A stretch of DNA of 57,609 bases. It comes from an uncultured archaeon (GTDB lineage: Archaea; Asgardarchaeota; Lokiarchaeia; Sigyniarchaeales; SOKP01). The DNA lies in NCBI GenBank assembly GCA_964493715.1, contig CAZBPC010000007.1, positions 1 to 57,609 on the forward strand. Direction: 5' to 3'. The stretch's first letter is position 1. The number at the start of each line of letters is the position of its first letter. Below, piece after piece: positions 1 through 9,115 of this stretch. Position numbers and translations under genes: made by a program. Under the pieces are notes generated by a model. That model was not told the DNA's origin. It saw only the letters and a program-made list of their open reading frames with translations, and did not search any database.

Positions 1-40
1 TGATTTTTTCCTTCTTTGTTGGTTTAGTATCTTCACTCAT
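1..40 (-). CDS. dnaK: 5' end of a gene running off the window, probably chaperone DnaK (Hsp70)
   Basis: Reverse complement of 40..1 reads MSEDTKPTKKEKI(A..), compatible with the DnaK N-terminal KIIGIDLG motif, and it lies divergent from grpE. Only 13 codons are visible. Confidence 0.5.
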   Translation of the reverse strand, partial: MSEDTKPTKKEKI

Positions 41-307
41 CGTACTTTTCAACTACTTTTTTGTAATGTTTTGTTTATCAATGTTATATTTACATGAATT
101 TTTACTATAAGAATATAATTAAATCCACTTTTTTAATTTTTTGATATATAATGAAGTATTAGTCATAGAAAAATGATTAAAATTTTATTTTATAGTTTTT
201 TATATCACTTACATTGTCTAGTATTATTGAATTATCTTTAATTATTACTGCTTGTGATTTGAAAGTCGAATATAATTAGAATTTATGATTTATAATTGAA
301 CATTATC

Positions 308-1069
308 ATGACGCCAAAAAAGAAAGAAGGAAAGGATCTAGCAGAAGAAAATTCCCAAGAGCCTGAAGAATCAGAACGTGAAGAATCAAAATCTGAGGAA
401 TCAGAGCCTCAAGAAGAAACCAAACTCATTGAAGGAAAAGAACCATTTAAACTGGAATTCTTTTCAAAAGAAGAACTATTAGCAAAAGTAAAATCCTTGG
501 AAACTCAAGTAGAAGCATTAAAAAAATCGAATGACGAAAATTCCAATTGGAAATCTAAATATACGCGCTTACAAGCGGAATTTGAAAACGCTGAGAAACG
601 ATGGAGTAAAAATCGACAAGATCTAAGGATTGAATACACAGCTTCTGCCATAAAAAGTTTCCTCCCTCTTTTTGATTCATTTAGAAAAGCTCTGGAGAAT
701 TCTGATAAAAATCATGAGATCATTAAGGGTTTTTATGACCAATTCATGAATGTTTTAAAATTCCATAAAGCAGTTCCAATGGATGTGAAAATTAATGATG
801 TTTTTGATTATAATTATCACGAAGCTTTAAATTCTATAGAAAGAGATGATGTTCCAAGTAATACGATTATCGAAGTCATCCAGGATGGATGGAAGTTGGA
901 TAAAAATGTTATTAGATATGCTAAAGTTATTGTTTCACGTGAACCTAAACCTCCAGAGCCAGAAAAGGAGGAAGAATCAGCCAAAGAATCAGAAATTCAA
1001 GATGAATCTAACGTGAATGAGAAGAGCGAAAAAAGTGTGGATAATACCCAAAATGAGTATATTTCCTAG
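308..1069 (+). CDS. grpE: Nucleotide exchange factor GrpE with acidic N- and C-terminal tails
   Basis: RLQAEFEN, FLPLFDSFRKAL, FDYNYHEA and IIEVIQDGWKL..VIRYAKVIVS motifs. ATG at 308 preferred over TTG at 296. Confidence 0.93.
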   Translation: MTPKKKEGKDLAEENSQEPEESEREESKSEESEPQEETKLIEGKEPFKLEFFSKEELLAKVKSLETQVEALKKSNDENSNWKSKYTRLQAEFENAEKRWSKNRQDLRIEYTASAIKSFLPLFDSFRKALENSDKNHEIIKGFYDQFMNVLKFHKAVPMDVKINDVFDYNYHEALNSIERDDVPSNTIIEVIQDGWKLDKNVIRYAKVIVSREPKPPEPEKEEESAKESEIQDESNVNEKSEKSVDNTQNEYIS

Positions 1070-1107
1070 TATTTCTTTTATTACTTAATTTTAGGGTTAA
1101 GTAATCC

Positions 1108-1719
1108 TCATATTGATTTTTTTAAGGGAGATAACATACCACAATAACGTGGAGTAAAAGAGCAGTATTCTAAATATTCTTTTCCAAAGATCATTTCAAG
1201 AAATTTCTCCTCATTGAGAATGTAAATATGATTAGTAGATATCCAAATTATAGCTAATAATAATGAATAATAAGATCTCCCACATAAAGCTAAAGAGATC
1301 AACCCGATATTTCGTGCTAAAGACTGAGGGTTCCTACTCGTGTGGAAAATGCCATCTGTTATCAGTATATCTGGAATGAAACCCAAAGCCCTTGAAATTG
1401 ATTCAATTTTAAATAAATACAATCCATAGATTATTATACTTATAAAGCCAGTAGAAGCCCCAAAAGTAAAAAATAATAAATGCATTTCAAAATAAGAACT
1501 TTCATCAAAAAATGGCCAAGTACTGAACCATGCGCTATAAGAAACGATAGCTACAAATCCATTATGATATAATAAACACAAAATTGATGTTATCTTAGAG
1601 CGCTTTTGGTTACACTCATAATTCTTTTTAGTCTTTAAGATAGAATAAATGCCAATTATTATAACTAAAGGTGAAATTAAAATCGCAACACTACGATGTA
1701 GTTGTATATATTCAAACAT
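1108..1719 (-). CDS. Isoprenylcysteine carboxyl methyltransferase / phospholipid methyltransferase-like membrane protein
   Basis: Several TM helices; LITDGIFHTSRNPQ and EEKFL...FGKEYLEYC..TPRY C-terminal signature. Confidence 0.75.
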   Translation of the reverse strand: MFEYIQLHRSVAILISPLVIIIGIYSILKTKKNYECNQKRSKITSILCLLYHNGFVAIVSYSAWFSTWPFFDESSYFEMHLLFFTFGASTGFISIIIYGLYLFKIESISRALGFIPDILITDGIFHTSRNPQSLARNIGLISLALCGRSYYSLLLAIIWISTNHIYILNEEKFLEMIFGKEYLEYCSFTPRYCGMLSPLKKSI

Positions 1720-1967
1720 ATCAATTTGGATTTCTCAGATTGAAAGTACTCTATTTTTTATATTATCCGTGGTTTTATATAAATCCTCTCTAATTTTATG
1801 AGCAGTTAAGTTTTTTTTTCATTAGAACAAAGAATATTAGGGATATTGTATTATCAAAAATATCAAGTAATTAGGTGATTTAATAATGCCCGATTTTCTT
1901 GAACCTATTCTAATAATCAAACTAATTCTTTAAAAAGACTGAATAAGATAAGGAGGCTGTTGTAAAA

Positions 1968-2222
1968 ATGGGTGAGGAACCGGAGCTCCCGATGATTCCG
2001 GATATTGGAGATATTTTAGACCGAAAAGATAAAATGGTTGAAAAAATTACCACAGTACTTAAATGTAGAAGTTGTAACGTTAAATATACACGTTCATATA
2101 AACCAGGAGATTTTACCTTTAAAAAAATTACAGACGAAAAATGCAAAGAATGCAGCAAGGATAACGTGTTAGTAATTGAAGAAATTTATTCAGAATGGAT
2201 CGATCCAAAGAAGAAAAAATAA
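1968..2222 (+). CDS. Small zinc-ribbon protein, conserved-hypothetical type
   Basis: CRSC...CKEC pairs; AGGAGG upstream. Confidence 0.7.
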   Translation: MGEEPELPMIPDIGDILDRKDKMVEKITTVLKCRSCNVKYTRSYKPGDFTFKKITDEKCKECSKDNVLVIEEIYSEWIDPKKKK

Positions 2223-2250
2223 TGCTCAATTAACCTGATTTTATTACATA

Positions 2251-3243
2251 TTACTCTATTCCTAGCAATTGTATGATTAAATTTGCCATTGAATATGGAT
2301 CCATGCTTTTATCCATGACTAATCTAATGTACTCATCAATCTGTGAATTGGAATGAAGTAATTCTTCAACTTTTTTAGTTAATTTATGCTTAAGTATTTG
2401 GAGCGTTTCATTTCTGATCCTTTTAAGGTGATAATTTTCTATCACTCCTGTTTCTTCCAAATAAGATCTATGTTCGTTTATTATTTCAAGTAAATTTCCG
2501 AAATTTTCTCCGGTTTTTGAATTTACTTTTACGATTTTAGGAGTCCATTTACGAACCTTAGCATTTCCTTGATTAATATTTTCATAATCATACTTGAAGT
2601 TTATGGATAATTCCAACATTTGCATGATCTCTGATACTTTTCTATCCGCACCAGGTAGATCCATCTTATTGACAATAAAGATATCTGTAATTTCCATTAT
2701 ACCGGCTTTAATGGCTTGTATGTCATCACCCATTTCTGGAACTAATAAGACAAGAACACTCTGAGCGGATCGAAAAATGTCTACTTCTGATTGACCCACT
2801 CCCACAGTCTCAATTATAACTATATCGCATCCGTAAACGTCTAAAATTTTAATGATATCTTCTGTTGCCCTTGCTAATCCTCCTAATTGACCTCGATTTG
2901 CCATGCTTCTTATGAACACATTATCGGTTGTGAAATGCTTCTTCATGCGAATTCGATCTCCTAATAATGCCCCACCTGTCAATGGGGAAGTTGGATCTAC
3001 ACAAATAATACCAACTTTCTTCCCTTCTTTCACAAAAATAGTAGTTAAAGTTGAGATTAAAGTGGATTTTCCACTTCCAGGTGCTCCAGTAATTCCTAAT
3101 ATATATGCTTTACCAGTGTGTTTGTAAATAGCATTTATGATTTCCTCAGCAGACGCAATATCATTTTCTACTATAGTTATAAGACGAGCTGCAGCTCTCG
3201 TATCTCCCTTCAAAAGGCGATCGATTAATGCTTCGTATCCCAT
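2251..3243 (-). CDS. meaB: MeaB/ArgK mutase-associated GTPase metallochaperone
   Basis: GITGAPGSGKST, VDPTSPLTGGALLGDRIRM, ETVGVGQSE, NKMD; directly follows the mutase genes. Confidence 0.95.
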   Translation of the reverse strand: MGYEALIDRLLKGDTRAAARLITIVENDIASAEEIINAIYKHTGKAYILGITGAPGSGKSTLISTLTTIFVKEGKKVGIICVDPTSPLTGGALLGDRIRMKKHFTTDNVFIRSMANRGQLGGLARATEDIIKILDVYGCDIVIIETVGVGQSEVDIFRSAQSVLVLLVPEMGDDIQAIKAGIMEITDIFIVNKMDLPGADRKVSEIMQMLELSINFKYDYENINQGNAKVRKWTPKIVKVNSKTGENFGNLLEIINEHRSYLEETGVIENYHLKRIRNETLQILKHKLTKKVEELLHSNSQIDEYIRLVMDKSMDPYSMANLIIQLLGIE

Positions 3244-3250
3244 TCTCTTT

Positions 3251-3652
3251 TTATCTCTTAAGATTAGTTTTTACGAATTCAACGATTTCTTTTAATTCAG
3301 TCCCGGGACCATGAAATCCCTTTAAACCATGTGCTTCCAAGTTCGGTTTGTCTTCATCAGGGATGATTCCTCCAACGGCAACCAAAACATCATCGATACC
3401 ATTTTCTTTTAATTTGTCCATTATTATGGGACATAAGGCATTATGAGCCCCACTAAGAATGCTAAGCATCACAGCATCGGGATCTTCTTGGATAATAGTG
3501 TTCACGACATCATCAGGCGTTTGATGAATTCCAGTATAAATGACCTCCATCCCTGCATCTCGAAGAGCCCTCGCTATTACTTTAGCCCCCCTATCATGAC
3601 CGTCAAGGCCAGGTTTGCAAACTAACACTTTGATCTTTCTATTTTCAGGCAT
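3251..3652 (-). CDS. Acyl-CoA mutase small subunit (cobalamin-binding domain)
   Basis: KPGLDGHDRG (DxHxxG B12 motif), SILSGAH, VGGIIP. Confidence 0.95.
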   Translation of the reverse strand: MPENRKIKVLVCKPGLDGHDRGAKVIARALRDAGMEVIYTGIHQTPDDVVNTIIQEDPDAVMLSILSGAHNALCPIIMDKLKENGIDDVLVAVGGIIPDEDKPNLEAHGLKGFHGPGTELKEIVEFVKTNLKR

Positions 3653-3663
3653 TTTATTCCCTC

Positions 3664-5298
3664 TTAAAATATTGAGTCCTCATCATATGTACCAAATACT
3701 TCTTTTAAGGTTGCTATAATCTCTCCTACAGAAGTGTATTCCCTCACAGAATCAATGATATATGGCATTAGATTTTCTGAACCTTGAGCAGCAATTTTAA
3801 GTTTCTCTAATTTTACTTTTACCCTTTCATTATCCCTAATATTCCGAATTTTATTTAAGAGATCGATTTGTTCTTTTGAAACTTGTTCATCGATCTTTAA
3901 GAGTGGAGTAGAACATGGTTCTCGTAATTGGAAATCATTAACTCCAACAATAATCCTTTTGTTTTTTTCAATTTCTTGCTGGTACTTGTATGATGCGTTA
4001 GCAATTTCCTTTTGAAAAAAGTTTGCTTTTATAGCTGGGATTACCCCTCCAAGTTCCTCAATTTGTTCAAAATATGCTTCTGCTTCTTCTTCCATTCTAT
4101 TAGTTAATGATTCAACATAATAGGAACCAGCAAGTGGATCAACCGTATCTGCAACTCCAGATTCAAGGGCAATTATCTGTTGTGTTCTTAATGCAATTTT
4201 TACCGCTTTTTCTGTCGGTAAACATAAAGCCTCATCAAAAGAATTAGTGTGAAGTGATTGTGTCCCCCCTAAAACCGCAGCTAATCCTTGCAAAGTTACT
4301 CTAACAATATTATTTTCTGGCTCCTGAGCTGTTAAAGACACACCAGCTGTTTGAGTGTGAAATCTCAATCGTAAAGACTCTTGTTTTTTAGCATTATATT
4401 TATTTTTCATCCTTTTAGCCCAAATTCTTCTCGCAGCTCTATATTTGCATACTTCTTCAAAGAAATTATTGTGAGCATTAAAGAAAAATGATAAACGTGG
4501 TGCGAAATCATCAACATTCAAACCTCTTTCCATTGCAGCCTCAACATAAGCAAAACCATCTGCTAGCGTGAAAGCTAATTCTTGAATTGCTGTAGAACCT
4601 GCTTCTCTAATATGGTACCCACTTATGGAAATGGTATACCATTGGGGCACGTATTTCGTACAATACTCTATGGTGTCTACAATTAAACGCATGGATTGTT
4701 CGGGAGGAAATATCCAAGACTTCTGGGCAATATATTCTTTCAGTATATCATTTTGTATGGTTCCCCTCAATAAATCAGGAGAATGACCTTGTTTCTCTGC
4801 CGTAACAATATACATTGCAAGTAAAATTGATGCTGGTGCATTAATTGTCATTGATGTTGAAATCTTAGATAAATCTATAGAATTGAATAGAGTCTCCATA
4901 TCTTTTAAAGTATCTATGCTTACACCTTCTTTTCCTACTTCCCCTAAAGCATATTCATTATCTGCTTCATAACCATAAATGGTATGCAAGCTAAATGCAA
5001 CACTCAAACCAGTCTGTCCATGTTCTAATAAAAATTTATAACGCTCGTTTGTTTGAGCTGCGGTACCAAACCCAGCAAATTGACGCATCGTCCATAATCT
5101 TCCGCGATACATATTTCTATATGCTCCACGCGTAAATGGAAATCTCCCAGGTTCTCCTAAATCCATTTCGTAATTCAAATCTTTTATATCTTCAGGAGTG
5201 TATAGCCGTTTAATTTCGATATCTGATAGATTTCTGAACGATTCTTGACGTTCTCCTTTCTTGGGTTTTAAAGTTTTATGCTCATCAATTTCAGTCAT
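3664..5298 (-). CDS. Acyl-CoA mutase large subunit (methylmalonyl-CoA mutase family, isobutyryl-CoA-mutase-like residues)
   Basis: PFTRG, WTMRQFAGFG, GTIQNDILKEYIAQ, ISGYHIREAG, QSLHTNSFDEA. Confidence 0.93.
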   Translation of the reverse strand: MTEIDEHKTLKPKKGERQESFRNLSDIEIKRLYTPEDIKDLNYEMDLGEPGRFPFTRGAYRNMYRGRLWTMRQFAGFGTAAQTNERYKFLLEHGQTGLSVAFSLHTIYGYEADNEYALGEVGKEGVSIDTLKDMETLFNSIDLSKISTSMTINAPASILLAMYIVTAEKQGHSPDLLRGTIQNDILKEYIAQKSWIFPPEQSMRLIVDTIEYCTKYVPQWYTISISGYHIREAGSTAIQELAFTLADGFAYVEAAMERGLNVDDFAPRLSFFFNAHNNFFEEVCKYRAARRIWAKRMKNKYNAKKQESLRLRFHTQTAGVSLTAQEPENNIVRVTLQGLAAVLGGTQSLHTNSFDEALCLPTEKAVKIALRTQQIIALESGVADTVDPLAGSYYVESLTNRMEEEAEAYFEQIEELGGVIPAIKANFFQKEIANASYKYQQEIEKNKRIIVGVNDFQLREPCSTPLLKIDEQVSKEQIDLLNKIRNIRDNERVKVKLEKLKIAAQGSENLMPYIIDSVREYTSVGEIIATLKEVFGTYDEDSIF

Positions 5299-5395
5299 TA
5301 TTTAGACTCATCTCAGTTAAATTTAATATTATATCTCAAAATAATTGAGCTATTCTAGTTTTTGTTAAGGTTGGAAAGTTATTAATCTTTTTCCA

Positions 5396-6802
5396 TTAAT
5401 GAACATAAATATCTGAGGAATCTTGAGGAATGATAATTGGTGCTGATTCACCCGCTTCTATCATCCTTTGTTTTAATAATGATGATAATTCCTTTCTAAC
5501 ATCGATAAATTTTGGCTCAGTTATCAGATTCTGTTTTTCGTATGGATCATTTTCAAGATCATAAAGAAAGGTCTCTTCATATATTCTACTTCTTGAATAG
5601 AGAATACCATCTTTATCAGGAGCTTCTACTGAATATTTCCATTTATGAGTTCGTATAGCTCTTCCAACTTGAGTTTCACTTATTTGGATGAATACATCAT
5701 TGGACCAATTCTTTGAATTATCATTTAATAATTGTTGTAATGATTTTGCCTTCATATATTTGGGAATTGGAATTCCAGCACATTCAAGTAATGTGGGAGG
5801 TAGATTTATTAAGCTTACAAGCACGCTAATCCGTTTTCCTCCTTTAAAATTATCACCATTTATAATCAGTGGTATCCGAATTGATGCATCATGACATGAA
5901 CGCTTGTATTCCCCGTTTCTCGTTCTAAAGTGACAACCATGATCACTTGTAAATACAAATATCGTGCTTTCTTCCATGTTCACTTCTTTAATTTTATTAA
6001 TAATGCGTCCTACATTATGATCTATACTATTGCAACATCCTAAATAATCAGGATATAAATGTTTCCAATCTCCTTTCATTCCTTCCAAATCTCCCGGCAC
6101 TTCATAATTCTTGAATTTTTCATTACTTCCTTTGGGACCGATTATTGCATTCTGATCATTTTGTTGATGAGGTTCCAAAAAAGAGATGAAAAAGAATAAT
6201 GGTTTTGAATAATCTCGTATAGATAAATATTCTAAGGCAAAATCCGTAAGACAATCAACTCGATAACCATTAAAATCAATTCTATTATTTTTGTTATCAA
6301 AAAGATGTCCATTAAATGCGTTAGATGTAAATTCTAAGAGATCACTAGCGAGCCAATAATCTTTATATCCTCCTCTATATTGTTCTGGTATGGAAGTAAT
6401 CATGTTTTTCACTCTTTCAAGCTTAATATCTTTACATCTTCCAATAGTGCTTGCGAGGTGCCATTTGCCTAAATATCCGACCTCATATCCCGCTTGAGAA
6501 AAAGATTTTGCTAAAGTTTGTTCATTGATGGGTAAGGCAATTCCATTTCTATAGCATCCGGTCTCACTAGCATATTTACCAGTCTGAAGTATCGATCTTG
6601 CAGGACCACATACAGGTTGATTCGAAAAACAATAATCAAATTGTATACCTTCTGCTGCTATTTTATCAATATTTGGAGAAACCTTTAATTTTTGACCAAA
6701 ACAACCTAACGAATCAAATCTCTGTTGGTCTGAAAGGATAAAAATGATATTAGGGTTTTTCATTTTAGCGCGCTTGATTTTTTTTTTTGAATCCCATTTC
6801 AT
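5396..6802 (-). CDS. Cys-type sulfatase (arylsulfatase family)
   Basis: PNIIFILSDQQR, CGPAR (CxPxR), GKWHL, FTSDHG, LYDLENDPYE. Alternative ATG at 6763. Confidence 0.92.
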   Translation of the reverse strand: MKWDSKKKIKRAKMKNPNIIFILSDQQRFDSLGCFGQKLKVSPNIDKIAAEGIQFDYCFSNQPVCGPARSILQTGKYASETGCYRNGIALPINEQTLAKSFSQAGYEVGYLGKWHLASTIGRCKDIKLERVKNMITSIPEQYRGGYKDYWLASDLLEFTSNAFNGHLFDNKNNRIDFNGYRVDCLTDFALEYLSIRDYSKPLFFFISFLEPHQQNDQNAIIGPKGSNEKFKNYEVPGDLEGMKGDWKHLYPDYLGCCNSIDHNVGRIINKIKEVNMEESTIFVFTSDHGCHFRTRNGEYKRSCHDASIRIPLIINGDNFKGGKRISVLVSLINLPPTLLECAGIPIPKYMKAKSLQQLLNDNSKNWSNDVFIQISETQVGRAIRTHKWKYSVEAPDKDGILYSRSRIYEETFLYDLENDPYEKQNLITEPKFIDVRKELSSLLKQRMIEAGESAPIIIPQDSSDIYVH

Positions 6803-6808
6803 ATCGGT

Positions 6809-7945
6809 TTATAAGCTTTTATAAGCTTCGGTTATGGCAGAACATCCACCACATTTAACACAACCTGCTTTATGTTCCAAGGGATTTACTCCTGAACGTT
6901 TCATCAATTTAGCAGTTTCTCTATAGATTTTTACTAAGGTAGACACTTCCATTTTAGGAAAATTTGTTTTTCCGGGAATAGTTCTCACTGGAGTGATGAA
7001 AGGGATTACACCAACAGAAATAATTTTTTCAAGATCCTTGATCAATTCATTAGGAGATTCACCCAATCCAGTCAGAATAAAAGATTCTACTTGATTTTTT
7101 CCAAAAATATCTATAGCATGGGTCCAATTTTCTTCGAATAATTGATAAGGAATGTGGGCTTTTCCGGGTGTCATCTTTTTTCTAACTTTTTCATCAAGGA
7201 TTTCGATATGTATCCCGATCGTATCTGCTCCTGCATCTTTTAGCTGATTGATAAAAGTTAAATTGTCTAATGGTTCGATTTGAACATGAAGGGGTAAATC
7301 GGGATTTTCCTTTTTAATTCCTCGTAACATATTACTATATCTATTTACTCCTTTATCGGGTGTGAAATCAGTACCGCTCGTCAATGTCATGTGAGAACAA
7401 CGATTTTCCTTTTTAGCAGTAGCAATAACTTCATTCATTTGTTCAGCATTTTTTTCAAGTATTGTAGAATCAGTTTGTAAACTCAATTCTACTCCGCAGA
7501 ATTTGCAGGCTTCTCCGCAAGCCCAATACACACATTTTTGATAAATAGTGCTTGAAAGACAGTCAATCCCGTGAACTAATGCTATTTTTTTCATGGGGAT
7601 CCCATCCGAAGTTATGCATGAAGGATCATAATAATCGGGATTAGGAACTAATCTTAAATCTGCAAATGCTTCTTTATTTTTATTATTAATAATTTGAAAA
7701 CTCCTACCTTTTTTTTCTCCTAAGACCAACGGAGTCAGTTTACTATTATTCCATAGTGCAACATTGACCAAAGTATTGTCTTCAAATAAGAAATATCTCC
7801 CTCCGCTTGGACCGGCCCCACCCTTCCTTCCAAAATCGATTTCTATTCCTTGTTTGAGATAATGTTCGACTAAGTTCTCATCAAGAAATAATCCATTACA
7901 TAAAAGTTCAGTCTTCTTTTCAAAAATTGAAGTAATTCCAAGCAT
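6809..7945 (-). CDS. Radical SAM protein, MSMEG_0568-like (biotin-synthase-related)
   Basis: CVYWACGEACKFC cluster motif, N-terminal GRKGGAGPSGG, C-terminal AGCVKCGGCS. Confidence 0.8.
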   Translation of the reverse strand: MLGITSIFEKKTELLCNGLFLDENLVEHYLKQGIEIDFGRKGGAGPSGGRYFLFEDNTLVNVALWNNSKLTPLVLGEKKGRSFQIINNKNKEAFADLRLVPNPDYYDPSCITSDGIPMKKIALVHGIDCLSSTIYQKCVYWACGEACKFCGVELSLQTDSTILEKNAEQMNEVIATAKKENRCSHMTLTSGTDFTPDKGVNRYSNMLRGIKKENPDLPLHVQIEPLDNLTFINQLKDAGADTIGIHIEILDEKVRKKMTPGKAHIPYQLFEENWTHAIDIFGKNQVESFILTGLGESPNELIKDLEKIISVGVIPFITPVRTIPGKTNFPKMEVSTLVKIYRETAKLMKRSGVNPLEHKAGCVKCGGCSAITEAYKSL

Positions 7946-8284
7946 GACAATGATTAATTAATAAAATCCTCTTAAAATATTCTAATTTTACAATTGCTAT
8001 AAATGAGTGATTCTCTTATATTTCTACTTTTAATAAAAAGTAAACAAATATGTGAAAATATTTATAATAAAATTCTTCTTAGTATTTTACCCTTCCTAAT
8101 AATGCTAAAATAATTACTATAGAACGAGTATAAATCTAATAAGATTCAAATCAAACATCGATATTATATAACGTCCTTTATGCCTTAGGATAAAGTTTAT
8201 TAAAAATAATATACTTACACATTTAATTAATAACTATATTTTTATAGAAACAATAAAGATTTTAAAATGAATTGGTGAATTTAA

Positions 8285-8911
8285 GTGGCTCATAAAAGAC
8301 CATGGCACTGTTATTCGAAGTGGAACAGGCGCCCTTTTCAACATAAGCGTAGTGCTAACCATCGAAGAGAATACGCGAGAGGAGGTGCAGAATCAAAGAT
8401 TCAACGTTACTGGGGTGGAAATACAGACATTGCTTGGGAAGATTGGGATATCGTGTTGGGTTTAAAGGTTTCTAACCAAATTCAAGTATCCTCAAATGCT
8501 TTAGAAGCAATTAGAATTACAATAAATTCACCCTTAACGAAAATTCTAGGAAGACTCAATTACCGTATGAGAATTCGTTCAAAGCCTTTCCAGAAATACC
8601 GTGAAAATAGAATGTTAGCATTCGCTGGCGCGGATCGTGTTCAAAGTGGTATGCGCAACAGTTTCGGCCGTTCCACGGGCGTGTGCGCTCGAGTCCGGGC
8701 GGGGGCTATAATAGTAGATGTTGCGACTCATTTAAAAAACTTGGATATCGTTCGAGATAGATTAAGAGTAGCTAGCATGAAGATCTCTTGTGGTGGTCAA
8801 GTAGTTGTGCTACAATATAAAACTCCAGAGATCTTAAAGCGATCCGGTCTTCCCTTATATAATGCTGCTAAGAGGAGGGAAATCCCCATTTATGAATTAG
8901 CTACATTATAA
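8285..8911 (+). CDS. rpl10e: 50S ribosomal protein uL16 (L10e)
   Basis: SNALEAIRI, RENRMLAFAGADRVQSGMRNSFG..G.CARV; GGTGA 6 nt before the GTG start. Confidence 0.95.
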   Translation: MAHKRPWHCYSKWNRRPFQHKRSANHRREYARGGAESKIQRYWGGNTDIAWEDWDIVLGLKVSNQIQVSSNALEAIRITINSPLTKILGRLNYRMRIRSKPFQKYRENRMLAFAGADRVQSGMRNSFGRSTGVCARVRAGAIIVDVATHLKNLDIVRDRLRVASMKISCGGQVVVLQYKTPEILKRSGLPLYNAAKRREIPIYELATL

Positions 8912-9115
8912 ATATTAGTAAAAGAAATTGAGTTTAATGTAAGAAATCTTATTGTTGAACTAGCACATAATATTGTTTTTTAATTGAAGTAAAATTCGTT
9001 TTCATTTAAAAGTAAAATTTTCTTTTAAGAGTAAATAAAAATAACCATTATATTTTTTATCTTGCCGATTTCTTATTATCATAAATATTTAAAATAAACA
9101 GTCTGAGAGTTAATA

